NCBI RefSeq assembly: GCF_963539965.1
Contig: NZ_CAUTOU010000001.1
Span: forward strand, 6,479-70,478
Length of the DNA: 64,000 bases
Reading direction: 5' to 3'
Source: an uncultured Propionibacterium sp.
GTDB taxonomy: Bacteria; Actinomycetota; Actinomycetes; Propionibacteriales; Propionibacteriaceae
This document shows, in pieces, positions 9,476-19,010 of the stretch. Within the stretch, counting starts at the first letter, position 1. The number at the start of each line of letters is the position of its first letter. The position numbers and the translations under genes are program-made. The notes beneath the pieces are model-generated. The model had not been told where the DNA came from. It saw only the letters and a list, made by a program, of their open reading frames with translations, and ran no database searches.

Positions 9476-10276
9476 TCAGCCCCGGGCGGGCCAGGCGTGC
9501 TCCATCTGGCCCGGGTCGGCGGGTTCGCGGTAGTACTCGGTGCCGAACATGAGGGCGAAGACCTCGGCGGACAGCGACAAGAAGACGCCGACGTCGCTGG
9601 ACTGGCTGGCGTGGGCCTCCAGGGCGCGGTGCTTGGTTGCGATGACGCGCTCAGGCAGGTCGATCGCCCAGCGGATCTGCGACTGGGGCGAGCCCATCGG
9701 CTCGCCGTCGTCGCCGACCGCTTCCGGGCCCCACAGGCCGCCGTCCTCAGCGCCCATGGCCCTGGCCCTCTCGTAGCGCTCGGCGACGGCTTCCTGGTTC
9801 ATCGTCCCCTCGAGCACGCGCAGCCCCGTGCCGAGCAGCGCCGCGGGGGCGGCGCCGGCCCGATGGACCATCAGATGATCCGGGTGCCCGTACCCGCCGT
9901 GCGGATCGTAGTGGACGAGTACATCGGCGTTCTCCTCGCGCAGGACCCGGGCGATCCGCCCGGCGACCAGCACCGGATCCGCGTTGCAGAAGGCCCTCGG
10001 GTTGGCGTTGGAGTCCCAGCCGGTCATCCCGGAGTCGGCGAACCCCAGACGGACGATCCGGTCGATGCCGATGACCTCGGCGGCGCGTTCGTGCTCGGCG
10101 CGGCGGTGGTCGGCCAGGTCGGCGGGATCGAGGCCGCCGGGCACGACGCCGAGGGCGCCGTCGGTCGCGAGGATCTCGACGACGCGATCACCGCGCTCGT
10201 GGGCCATGACCATGGTCCCGGAGGTCTGGCTGGCCTCGTCGTCCGGATGCGCGTGCAGGAAGACCCAGTTCGTCAT
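9476..10276 (-). CDS. PIG-L/LmbE-family deacetylase (MshB/Mca-like)
   Basis: 266 aa from ATG 10276. FLHAHPDDE and GGYGHPDH zinc-site motifs. Confidence 0.8.
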   Translation of the reverse strand: MTNWVFLHAHPDDEASQTSGTMVMAHERGDRVVEILATDGALGVVPGGLDPADLADHRRAEHERAAEVIGIDRIVRLGFADSGMTGWDSNANPRAFCNADPVLVAGRIARVLREENADVLVHYDPHGGYGHPDHLMVHRAGAAPAALLGTGLRVLEGTMNQEAVAERYERARAMGAEDGGLWGPEAVGDDGEPMGSPQSQIRWAIDLPERVIATKHRALEAHASQSSDVGVFLSLSAEVFALMFGTEYYREPADPGQMEHAWPARG

Positions 10277-10442
10277 GCGGCAATCATTCCACGCCGGTCT
10301 CGGCCCCCGGCCGTCCCCCATGCCCTGGACCGAACGCCGGAGCCCGCGCCCCGGGCCCTGTCACAGGGTGGTCTCGCAAAGTTTCCGGTCGTGCACGATC
10401 AGGCGACCGGAGCGGTTCTCGGGCGCCTCGTAGACTGATCGG

Positions 10443-11390
10443 GTGAGCGACGAGACGAACACCGGCGGCACCGAGCCGACTCCCCCTCCCGGAACGCCCG
10501 ATTTCGCCGCGCCCGATTCCCCGTGGCCCTCGCTGGACCCGCAGGACTCCGGCAAGACGGCTTCGGGGCCCGCACCGGACCAGTCCTGGCAGGCGCCACC
10601 GGCCACACCGCAGCGGCCGGATCAGCCGGCCCCCGGGCCGTCCACTCCGGAGGCGTTCGACGCGATGCCGGCCTGGGGCCATCAGCCAGCCCGCATGCCG
10701 GGCGCCCCGCAGTACGGGCAGACGGCCTCTGGTGGCTACGTCCCGGCCGGGTGGGGCGCGTCCGGGGACGGCAGGCCGCTCGTCACGTACACGATGATGG
10801 GGATCTGCGCCGCCCTGTGGCTGCTCTCGACGGTCGCCCCTCAACTGTCGGGCGTCCTCGAGCTGGTCCCCGACCTGGCCTTCGGCCAGCCGTGGCGCCT
10901 GCTCACCGGCGGTTTCCTGTACCTCGGCGGCAGTTTCATCAGCATCGGCCTCGGCGTCCTGACGATCTGGATCGTCGGACAGGCGATCGAGCCGCGCATG
11001 GGGCACAAGAACTTCCTCATGCTGTACCTGCTGAGCCTGATCGGCGGCTCGGCCGCCCTCGTACTGTGGTGCCGGGCCTTCGACACCTACCAGCTCGCCA
11101 ATGGTGCGTCCGCGGCGGTCTGGGGCATGTTCGGCGTCCTGGCGACCATACGCCCGCAGGGCTCCGGGCAGACCAACAGCGGCCTGTGGGTGCTCATCGG
11201 GCTGAACGTCGCCTACGTCTTCCTGTTCCCGACGATCGCCTGGCAGGCCAAGCTCGGTGGGTTCCTCGTCGGCCTGGCCGCCGGCTGGCTCGTCAAGAAC
11301 CGCAGCAGAACGGGCCAGGACCATACGTACGCCCTGTGGCTGCTGCTCATTCCGATCGCCGTGGCCCTGGGCATCGCGGCGCTGCTGTAG
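10443..11390 (+). CDS. Rhomboid-family membrane protein with Pro-rich N-terminal region; catalytic residues partly missing
   Basis: 315 aa, GTG start. WRLLTGGF, GASAAVWG (GxSxxxxG) and 6-7 TM helices. The TM6 His position reads AKLGG and the TM2 H/N motif is absent (see findings). Confidence 0.75.
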   Translation: MSDETNTGGTEPTPPPGTPDFAAPDSPWPSLDPQDSGKTASGPAPDQSWQAPPATPQRPDQPAPGPSTPEAFDAMPAWGHQPARMPGAPQYGQTASGGYVPAGWGASGDGRPLVTYTMMGICAALWLLSTVAPQLSGVLELVPDLAFGQPWRLLTGGFLYLGGSFISIGLGVLTIWIVGQAIEPRMGHKNFLMLYLLSLIGGSAALVLWCRAFDTYQLANGASAAVWGMFGVLATIRPQGSGQTNSGLWVLIGLNVAYVFLFPTIAWQAKLGGFLVGLAAGWLVKNRSRTGQDHTYALWLLLIPIAVALGIAALL

Positions 11391-11414
11391 ATCCCCGCCG
11401 CGGTGGCACGAGGC

Positions 11415-12035
11415 TTATTCGAACAGCTCCGTGCTCCCGCCCCCACGGCGCACGATCCCGGGCTCGTCACCGGTCAGGTCGATGACGGTGGTCGGCAGTC
11501 CGCCGGCATCACCGGAGTCGATGACCGCATCGATGTCGTTGTCGAGCGCCTCCTTGATCCGCCAGCCATCGGCCAGGGGCTCCTCCTGCCCGGGCATGAT
11601 CAGGGTGGAGGAGACGATGGGTTCGTCGAGGGCCTCGACGAGGGCCAGCGCGGTCACATGATCGGGCACGCGCACGCCCACCGTGCGGTGGCTCGGGTGC
11701 AGCATGGCGCGCGGCACGTCGCGGCTGGCGCGCAGGATGAACGTGTACGGCCCCGGTGTCGCGGCCTTGACGGCGCGGAACTGGCGATTGCCCATCTCGA
11801 CGTACGTGCCGAGCTGGGCGAAGTCGCTGACGACGACCGACAGGTGGTGCTTCTCGTCGAGTTCGCGGATACGGCGGATGCGCTCGATGCCGGCCTTGTT
11901 CCCGTAGGCCGTGCCCAGTGCGAAGCCCGAGTCCGTCGGGTAGGCGATGACCGCTCCCCCGCGGAGCAGGTCCGCCGTCTGGTCGACCGAGCGCTGCTGC
12001 GGGTTCACCGGGTGCACGGGGTAGTAACGAGCCAT
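11415..12035 (-). CDS. tsaC: L-threonylcarbamoyladenylate synthase (YrdC/TsaC family)
   Basis: 206 aa. IAYPTDSGFALG...IRRIRELDEKHHLSVVV...PGPYTFIL...VGVRVPDH are YrdC-domain motifs. Confidence 0.85.
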   Translation of the reverse strand: MARYYPVHPVNPQQRSVDQTADLLRGGAVIAYPTDSGFALGTAYGNKAGIERIRRIRELDEKHHLSVVVSDFAQLGTYVEMGNRQFRAVKAATPGPYTFILRASRDVPRAMLHPSHRTVGVRVPDHVTALALVEALDEPIVSSTLIMPGQEEPLADGWRIKEALDNDIDAVIDSGDAGGLPTTVIDLTGDEPGIVRRGGGSTELFE

Positions 12036-12058
12036 GGGACAAGCCTAGGCCGGCCGCC

Positions 12059-12523
12059 TCAGCCCTGGCGCAGATCGGCCTCGGCCCTGCCCGTAACGGT
12101 GAACTGGTCGATGCCGATGACGCCCAGGAAGACCGTGCCGCATCCGGCGGTGGTGCTCACCCGCACCCGTCGGTCCGGACCGACGGACACCCGGACGTCG
12201 GTGATGTCGTAGCCGCGCGCCGTGTCCGTGGCGGCACGGACCGCCTGGGCGTCGCCCGAGGCCCCCTGGAGCCGGGAGGCCGCGGCGGCGTCGGTGGCGG
12301 CCCGGGCTCCGGCCGCGGCGGCCACCTGGGCCTCCCGTTGGGCGGTCAGGCGCGCGGCGCCGTCGACCGCCAGCCCCGCCACGAGGACGAGCGCGGGCAT
12401 GACGGCGGCGAAGAGCGTGCTGACGCTCATGCCGCGCTCGTCTCGCGCCGGTCCGAGGGATGGTGGCGCGGAGCCGGCTGCCGAGTCGCGCCGGGTGTTC
12501 TCGGAGAGAGGATCTGGCCTCAT
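12059..12523 (-). CDS. TadE/TadG-like (Flp-pilus assembly related) membrane-anchored protein, putative
   Basis: N-terminal TM helix STLFAAVMPALVLVAGLAVDGAARL is followed by an Ala-rich region, the layout of TadE-like proteins. Start is uncertain (12523 or 12433 region). Confidence 0.4.
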   Translation of the reverse strand: MRPDPLSENTRRDSAAGSAPPSLGPARDERGMSVSTLFAAVMPALVLVAGLAVDGAARLTAQREAQVAAAAGARAATDAAAASRLQGASGDAQAVRAATDTARGYDITDVRVSVGPDRRVRVSTTAGCGTVFLGVIGIDQFTVTGRAEADLRQG

Positions 12524-12690
12524 CGCGTGCTCCCAGGGGTGGGTGCCTTCAGTGTGGCACGCGACGCATGCGGGGCAACAGGGTTGTGGACATCGCTCCT
12601 GGGAGAGTCCCATTCCGGCGTCTCCGTGGCCTAGGCTTGAAGCGATGGGTCCGCACAAGGGCGGGCCCTGCTCAAGGGAAAGGCTTCCAC

Positions 12691-13905
12691 ATGGTGAAGA
12701 AGGTGGCCCTGCTCACTGCCGGCGGTTTCGCTCCGTGTCTGTCCTCGGCCATCGCCGGTCTGGTGCGCCGCTACACCGAGGTGTCCCCCCAGACCACGAT
12801 CATCGGCTACCGCTACGGCTACGAGGGCCTGCTCAAAGGCGACTCGATCGAGTTCTCCCCCGAGGTCCGCGCCCACTACGACCGCCTCTTCGCCTTCGGC
12901 GGCTCGCCCATCGGGAACTCGCGCGTCAAGCTGACGAATGCCGCCGACCTCGTCAAGCGCGGACTGGTGCCCGAGGGCTCCGACCCGCTGAAGATCGCCG
13001 CCGACCAACTGGCCGCCGACGGCGTCGACGTCCTGCACACCATCGGCGGTGACGACACCAACACCACCGCCGCGGACCTGGCCTCCTTCCTGGCCAGGAA
13101 CGATTACCCGCTCACCGTCGTCGGCCTGCCCAAGACCATCGACAACGACATCGTCCCGGTGCGTCAGTCCCTCGGCGCGTGGACCGCAGCCGATCAGGGC
13201 GCCAGATTCGCCGCCAATGTCATCGGCGAGCACAACGCCGCCCCGCGCGAACTGATCATCCACGAGGTCATGGGGCGCAACTGCGGCTATCTCACCGCCG
13301 AGACCGCCCGCCGCTACCGTGCCTGGCTCGATCAGCAGGAGTGGCTGCCCGAAGCCGGCCTGGAGCGCGAGGCCTGGGAGGTCCACGCCGTGTACGTGCC
13401 CGAGGCCCAGATCGATCTCGATGCCGAGGCCGAGCGCCTGTCCGGGGTCATGGACGAGGTCGGCAATGTGAACATCTTCCTGTCCGAGGGCGCCGGCGTG
13501 AACGACATCGTCGCCCAGCTGCGGGCGACCGGCCAGGAGGTCCCGCTGGACGCCTTCGGTCACGTCCAGCTCGACAAGGTGAACCCCGGCGAGTGGTTCG
13601 CCAAACAGTTCGCTCCGCGCATCAAGGCGGCCAAGACCATGGTCCAGAAGTCCGGTTACTTCAGCCGCTCGGCCAAGTCGAATGACGAGGACCTGGAGCT
13701 CATCGCGGCCACCTGCGACATGGCCGTCGACGCCGCGCTGGCCGGCGACTCCGGCGTCGTCGGCCAGGACGAGGAGGCCGGCGACGAGCTGTCGGTCATC
13801 GCCTTCCCCCGTATCGCCGGGCACAAGCCCTTCGACATCGACCAGGACTGGTACACGCAGATGCTGTCCGAGATCGGCCAGCCGGCTCCGGTCAGGACCG
13901 AGTGA
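12691..13905 (+). CDS. pfp: Pyrophosphate--fructose-6-phosphate 1-phosphotransferase (PPi-PFK)
   Basis: 404 aa from ATG 12691. MVKKVALLTAGGFAPCLS, TIGGDDTNTTA (Asp of PPi-type enzymes rather than the GGDGS of ATP-PFK) and PKTIDND. The length matches the Propionibacterium freudenreichii enzyme as I recall it. Confidence 0.9.
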   Translation: MVKKVALLTAGGFAPCLSSAIAGLVRRYTEVSPQTTIIGYRYGYEGLLKGDSIEFSPEVRAHYDRLFAFGGSPIGNSRVKLTNAADLVKRGLVPEGSDPLKIAADQLAADGVDVLHTIGGDDTNTTAADLASFLARNDYPLTVVGLPKTIDNDIVPVRQSLGAWTAADQGARFAANVIGEHNAAPRELIIHEVMGRNCGYLTAETARRYRAWLDQQEWLPEAGLEREAWEVHAVYVPEAQIDLDAEAERLSGVMDEVGNVNIFLSEGAGVNDIVAQLRATGQEVPLDAFGHVQLDKVNPGEWFAKQFAPRIKAAKTMVQKSGYFSRSAKSNDEDLELIAATCDMAVDAALAGDSGVVGQDEEAGDELSVIAFPRIAGHKPFDIDQDWYTQMLSEIGQPAPVRTE

Positions 13906-13973
13906 TCCGCTGTTCCCCGGCGGGGCGCCCCACGTGCCTTCCCGGTCCGATCCCCTGCGAGGCCCCTCCCCTG

Positions 13974-14999
13974 ATGAGCAGTACGTCCCAGTGCCCGGAC
14001 TGGCGCGCCCGGTGGGCCGTCGGCTGGGCGCAGTCGCTGCTCCGGTCGCTGGAGACCCCCACGCCGTGGGTTCCTTTCCGCTCGTCCACGGCCGCCGGGA
14101 CCAGCCCTGATGCGCAGAGCCTGCATCCGCGCGCGGACGACGACTGGCACTCGTCCGCGCACATGCAGTGGGCCGCGCTGGTCCTGCTGCGCACGGCTCC
14201 AGGAGAACTCGGCCCGGAGCTGCGCCGGACATTGACCGGCGCGCTGCGCAGGCGCTGGCGCGGCGGGGCGATCGGCGTCGAGGCCGATCACCTGCGCACG
14301 CACCGGGATGCCGGACGCCCGCTCGGCTGGGCGTGGACGGCCATGCTGGCCGCCGAGGCCAGGCGCAACGAGGTCGCCGTCCGGTACGGGTGGGATGAGC
14401 AGCTCGACGGTCTGGCCCGTGCGGTGTCGATGAACCTGGCGCGTGCGCTGGCGCGCGTGGGGACGCCGGTGCGGCTCGGCACGGACAGGAACACCGCGTT
14501 CAGCATGGGGCTGCTGCTCGACGCCTTCCGGGCCCTCGAGATGGCAGGGCCGGTCAGTGCCCTCGGCGATCGGGCCCGCTCATGGTTCTGCGGGCGGGAT
14601 CGCTCCTCCTCCGCGGTCGATCCCTGCCCGAACGACATCTGCTCCCCGGCTCTGGCACAGGCCGATCTGGTCCGCCGAGTGCTGCCGGGCGGCGTCTTCG
14701 ACGGCTGGCTGGCCGGTTTCCTGCCGCGCCTGGGTTCGGCGGGAGACACGACCCTGCGATTCCCCGTTCTCCACGGAGAACCGGGCGGCGGGGGCCGGAT
14801 GCTGCCGCCCCTGGCTCTGACGCGCGCGCTGCACCTGCGCCATCTGGCCCCGCACCTGCCCCGGGCCCGCGGTGCTCTGGCATCGGGATCAGCCGATCGG
14901 CTGGTCCACGAGGCGGCCCCGCTCATCACCACCGCGGGGGTGTCCACTGCGCATCTGCTCGTCCCCCTGGCCGTGCTGGCCGTGCGACCGCCGGCATGA
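13974..14999 (+). CDS. DUF2891-family protein
   Basis: DDDWHSSAHMQW, GRPLGWAWTAMLAAE, DRNTAFSMGLLLDAF and SPALAQADLVRRVL...FDGWLAGFLP follow the conserved DUF2891 blocks. Start is uncertain (13902 or 13974). Confidence 0.7.
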   Translation: MSSTSQCPDWRARWAVGWAQSLLRSLETPTPWVPFRSSTAAGTSPDAQSLHPRADDDWHSSAHMQWAALVLLRTAPGELGPELRRTLTGALRRRWRGGAIGVEADHLRTHRDAGRPLGWAWTAMLAAEARRNEVAVRYGWDEQLDGLARAVSMNLARALARVGTPVRLGTDRNTAFSMGLLLDAFRALEMAGPVSALGDRARSWFCGRDRSSSAVDPCPNDICSPALAQADLVRRVLPGGVFDGWLAGFLPRLGSAGDTTLRFPVLHGEPGGGGRMLPPLALTRALHLRHLAPHLPRARGALASGSADRLVHEAAPLITTAGVSTAHLLVPLAVLAVRPPA

Positions 15000-15975
15000 C
15001 GGCATCGGCTTCGCGTACTCCAAGCGCGCCGGGGGACCCGCGCAGTTCGCCCACGCCCGCGAGATCGCCGACGACCTCATCGGTGAGGACCCCAGCGACA
15101 TCGATCGTCTGCGCGTCAAACTCCTGTGGGCCGGCGCACCGGTCGGCCGCTCCGGCGTCGCCGTCCAAGCGATAGCCGCCATCGACGTCGCCCTGTGGGA
15201 CCTCAAGTCGAAGCGCGCCGGGCTGCCGCTGGCCAAGCTCATCGGCGCCCACCGCGACTCCATCCGCTGCTACAACACCTCCGGCGGCTTTCTCAACGCC
15301 CCGCTCGGGGCCGTCCTGGAGAACGCCACCAGGTCGCTCGAGACCGGCATCGGCGGCATCAAGATCAAGGTCGGCCACCCGGATCCTCACGTGGACCTCG
15401 AACGGTTGACGGCCATGCGCGAGCACCTGGGCGACGACTTCCCCCTCATGGTGGACGCCAACCAGCAGTGGGACCGGCCCACCGCCATGCGCATGTGCAG
15501 AACCCTCGAGCAGTTCGACCTCGTATGGATCGAGGAGCCCCTGGACGCCTGCGACTACGAGGGCCATGCGGAGCTCACCCGCCAGATCCTCACCCCCATC
15601 GCCACCGGTGAGATGCTGACCTCGGTCGCCGAGCACATCGGGCTCATCGAGAATAGGGCGTGCGACTTCATCCAGCCCGACGCCCCGCGCATCGGCGGCA
15701 TCTCGGAGTTCCTCAGGCTCTCGGCCCTGGCGTACACGGCCGGGCTCATGCTGGCCCCGCACTTCTCGATGGAGATCCACTCGCACCTGGCGACGACCTA
15801 TCCCCTCGAGCCCTGGGTCGAGCACTTCGACTGGCTCGACCCCCTCTTCAACGAGCACATGGAGATCAGGGACGGCCGCATGATCGTCTCCGACCGCCCG
15901 GGGCTGGGCGTGACACCGTCGGACCAGCTGCGCGCCTGGACGATCGACGCCTTCGAGACCGGCGCCCGGCGGTGA
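14998..15975 (+). pseudogene. L-talarate/galactarate dehydratase-like enolase-superfamily enzyme, lacking the N-terminal ~85 residues
   Basis: From GIGFAYSKRAGGPAQFAHAREIADDLIGEDP... to the end it tracks Salmonella TalrD/GalrD (as recalled) almost block for block (KIKVG, MVDANQQWD, WIEEPLD, FIQPDAPRIGG). Homology starts exactly at the stop codon of the upstream gene. The only in-frame ATG (14872) lies inside that gene. Confidence 0.65.
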
Positions 15976-16035
15976 GGCCGGGGCCGGTCCGAACCCGGTA
16001 GCCTGCGGGTGCACGCGGGTACCCGGAGGCCCCGT

Positions 16036-16836
16036 ATGACAGCACTGCACCGCAACGACCCGCCGGGGCTGAGGCACGCCTTGGCCGACCAGCTGAAGCG
16101 ACGCATCGCCCAGGGCGATCTCGGCGCCGGGGACCGGGTCCCCTCGGAGGCTGAACTGTGCCATGACTTCGCGGTGTCCCGTACGGTCGTCAGGGAGGCG
16201 GTCGCCCAGTTGCGCGCCGAGGGTCTGGTGGAGACCTTCCGGGGCCGCGGCTGCTCCTACGTCATCGCGCCGAACGGCGGCCAGGGGGCCGGCGCAGGGC
16301 TCTCCCCGGCCGGTAGTCCCCGCCAGATCATGGAGCTGCGTCTCGCGCTCGAGTGCGAGGCCTCCTCCCTGGCGGCCTCGAGGCGCTCCGCGGTGGACCT
16401 GGCCGCCATCGGCCGGGCGATGACGGACCTGCGCGAGGTCCTGTCCCGCCGGGAGCCGGCCATCGCGCAGGACTTCGCCGTTCACCTGGCCATAGCCGTC
16501 GCCGCAGGCAATCCGCCCATCACCGGAGTCCTGCGGGAACTCGGCCCCCAGGCCATTCTCCGTCACCGGACCGGCATCGACGGCTCCGTAGTGATGGCGC
16601 CGGGGCATGCCGAACTTCTCGTGCACGAGCACCAGCAGATCTGCGACGCGATCGCCCGGGGCGACCCCGAGACGGCGAGAGCCGCGATGCGCACGCACCT
16701 GTCCCGCTCGCTCGCGGCCCTCGACACCGGCCCCTCCGCTCCCCCGCGGCAGCGCCCGCGGGCCGGAAGCAGTCCCGGGGTCCGTTCATCCGCTCATCGA
16801 CCGCCCGGCCACGACGAGCCGGACCGCCCGCTCTGA
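16036..16836 (+). CDS. GntR/FadR-family transcriptional regulator (FCD domain)
   Basis: LPSEAELCHDFAVSRTVVREAVAQLRAEGLVETFRGRG winged HTH, then a helical FCD-like C-terminus. A low-complexity tail overlaps the convergent glxK by 51 nt. Confidence 0.85.
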   Translation: MTALHRNDPPGLRHALADQLKRRIAQGDLGAGDRVPSEAELCHDFAVSRTVVREAVAQLRAEGLVETFRGRGCSYVIAPNGGQGAGAGLSPAGSPRQIMELRLALECEASSLAASRRSAVDLAAIGRAMTDLREVLSRREPAIAQDFAVHLAIAVAAGNPPITGVLRELGPQAILRHRTGIDGSVVMAPGHAELLVHEHQQICDAIARGDPETARAAMRTHLSRSLAALDTGPSAPPRQRPRAGSSPGVRSSAHRPPGHDEPDRPL

Positions 16837-17919
16837 GGCGTCCGCGAGCGCCCGACGTCCGTTCCGCAGGGAGTCCTCGAGGGTCGTGACGCCGGCCACG
16901 ATGGGGACGAGCCCGACGAAGCCGTGGTCGTACAGTTCCTCGACCCCCTCCCCGAGCCTGCCGGCGAAGGCCACGACGGGCACGCCGGCGGGCCGGGCCA
17001 CTCGGGCGATCCCCGAGAGGGTCTTGCCCATGAGCGTCTGACGGTCCATGGCGCCCTCGCCGGTGAAGACGAGATCAGCGCCCTCGATCGCCCGGGCGAG
17101 CCCGACCGTCTCGACGACGAGGTCCGCGCCGGACTGCAGCACTCCGCCGAGGAAGGCGCAGAACGCATAGCCCAGCCCACCTGCCGCGCCCGCGCCCTCC
17201 TGGGCCGCGACGGAGTTCACGTGCCCGCTCACCGTCGCGAGGCGTCTCAGGGCGCCGTCGAGGAATTCGACGTCCTGCGGGGAGGCGCCCTTCTGCGGCC
17301 CGAAGACCGCGGAGGCGCCGTGGCCGCCGAGCAGGGGGTTGTCGACGTCGCAGGCGATCTTGAAGACGGAGTCCCGGATCCTCGGGTCGAGGGTCGAGAC
17401 GTCGACCGCGGCAAGGCGCATGAGAGAGGCAGGGCTCCCGTCCAGCTCATCGCCCCCGGCGTCGGTGAAGCGCACGCCGAGGGCGCGCAGCATGCCTGCG
17501 CCGCCGTCGTTCGTCGCGGACCCCCCGATCCCGACGAGGAACTCGCGTGCGCCCCGATCGAGTGCGGCCGCGATCATCTGACCGACACCGTAGGTGGTGG
17601 CCTCGCGGATGCGGCGCCGCTGCGGGGGGATCATGCCCAGCCCGATCGCCTGGGCGCACTCCATGACGGCCCTGCCGCCGGCGAGCGCCATCCTCGCCGA
17701 TGCGGAGTCGCCGTACGCGTCGAGGACCGGGACCTCGACCATCTCCAGCCCGAGCGCATCGGCGAGGGACTCGGTGAACCCCTCACCGCCGTCGGCCATG
17801 GGGATCTGCGGGCAGTCGGCATCGGGGAGCACCCGGTGCACGCCCTCGGCGAGGGCCGCGGCCGCCTCGGCCGCGCTCATCGACTCCTTGAAACTGTCGG
17901 GTGCGCAGACGATCTTCAT
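16786..17919 (-). CDS. glxK: Glycerate kinase
   Basis: 377 aa. MKIVCAPDSFKESMSAAEAA...PMADGGEGF...GIGGSATNDGGAGM are typical GlxK/GarK motifs. Confidence 0.9.
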   Translation of the reverse strand: MKIVCAPDSFKESMSAAEAAAALAEGVHRVLPDADCPQIPMADGGEGFTESLADALGLEMVEVPVLDAYGDSASARMALAGGRAVMECAQAIGLGMIPPQRRRIREATTYGVGQMIAAALDRGAREFLVGIGGSATNDGGAGMLRALGVRFTDAGGDELDGSPASLMRLAAVDVSTLDPRIRDSVFKIACDVDNPLLGGHGASAVFGPQKGASPQDVEFLDGALRRLATVSGHVNSVAAQEGAGAAGGLGYAFCAFLGGVLQSGADLVVETVGLARAIEGADLVFTGEGAMDRQTLMGKTLSGIARVARPAGVPVVAFAGRLGEGVEELYDHGFVGLVPIVAGVTTLEDSLRNGRRALADASERAVRLVVAGRSMSG

Positions 17920-17972
17920 GTCGACTCCTCGGTGAAGGGTGCCCGCAGGGTCCCTGCGGGCACCGCACGGTA

Positions 17973-18873
17973 TCAGTCCTGCGGATGACCGGGCCTGAGC
18001 TCGACGCCGGCGAGCTTCTCGTACACCTTGACGAGCGAGGAATGGTCCTCGGCGGCGAGGCCGTCACCGTCCAGGGCACTCATCATCTCACGGACCAGGG
18101 ACGTCAGAGGGAGCGGTGCATCGACGCCGTGACCCGTGTCCAGGACGTTCGCCAGATCCTTGATGTGCAGATTGATGCGGAATCCCGGGGCGAAATCGCG
18201 GGCGAGCATCATCGGGACCTTCGCGTCCATGACCGTCGAGCCGGCCAGGCCCCCGCGGATGGCCCGGTACACGGCCTCGGGGTCGACCCCGGCCTTCTGC
18301 GCTAGGGTGAAGGCCTCGGCACAGACGGCGATGTTGACCGCGACGATGGCCTGGTTCGCGAGCTTGGCGATATTGCCGGCGCCGATGCCGCCGACGTAGG
18401 TGACGTCGCCCGCCATCGCGTCGATGACCGGCGCGACCCTGTCGAACACCGCCCCGGTCGCCGCCGACCATGACCGACATCGTCCCGTCGATCGCTTTCG
18501 GCTCGCCGCCGGAGACCGGCGCGTCGAGCATGGCGATGCCCGCCCTGGCCATTCCGTCGTGCACCTCGCGGGACACGAGCGGGGCGATGGAGGACATGTC
18601 GACGTAGACGAGCCCTTCATGGGCCCCCTCGACGATGCCGCCCCTCCCCAGGGCGGCCTCCTTCACCTGCGGGGAATTCGGGAGCATCGTGATGACGAGC
18701 TCGGCCGCGGCCGCGGCCTGCCCGGCGTTCGCGACGGGGACGGCCCCGAGCGATGCGAGATCATCGATCGACTCCTGGTGATGGTCGTTCACATAGAGCT
18801 CATGGCCTGCCTCGACGAGGTTCCTGGCCATCGGGCGGCCCATGATGCCCAGTCCGATGAAACCGATCTTCAT
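17973..18873 (-). pseudogene. garR: 2-hydroxy-3-oxopropionate (tartronate semialdehyde) reductase, frameshifted
   Basis: N-terminal part MKIGFIGLGIMGRPMARNL...DAPVSGGEPKAIDGTMSVMVGGD is in ORF 18088-18915. The continuation AVFDRVAPVIDAMAGDVTYVGGIGAGNIAKLANQ... is in ORF 17973-18620. The frames switch at the C4 run 18452-18455 (G4 on the coding strand); removing one G restores ...GGDRAVFDRV. RBS AAGGAG lies before ATG 18873. Confidence 0.8.
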
Positions 18874-19010
18874 AGAGTTCTCTCCTTGAATTGTCTTGAA
18901 TCGATCTTCAGCCATCCGAATCCGCCTGGTCCACCGGCCCCGCGAGGAACTCGCGCAATGGGCCGGTCGGACCGGGCCTCACCGGCAAGACGCCTCTTCA
19001 CCCGATCACC

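Noticed and set aside
16750-16836. Low-complexity C-terminal tail of the GntR regulator overlapping glxK by 51 nt as a possible functional overlap
   Set aside because: The tail (PPRQRPRAGSSPGVRSS...) looks like read-through past the end of the FCD domain. There is no evidence for function.
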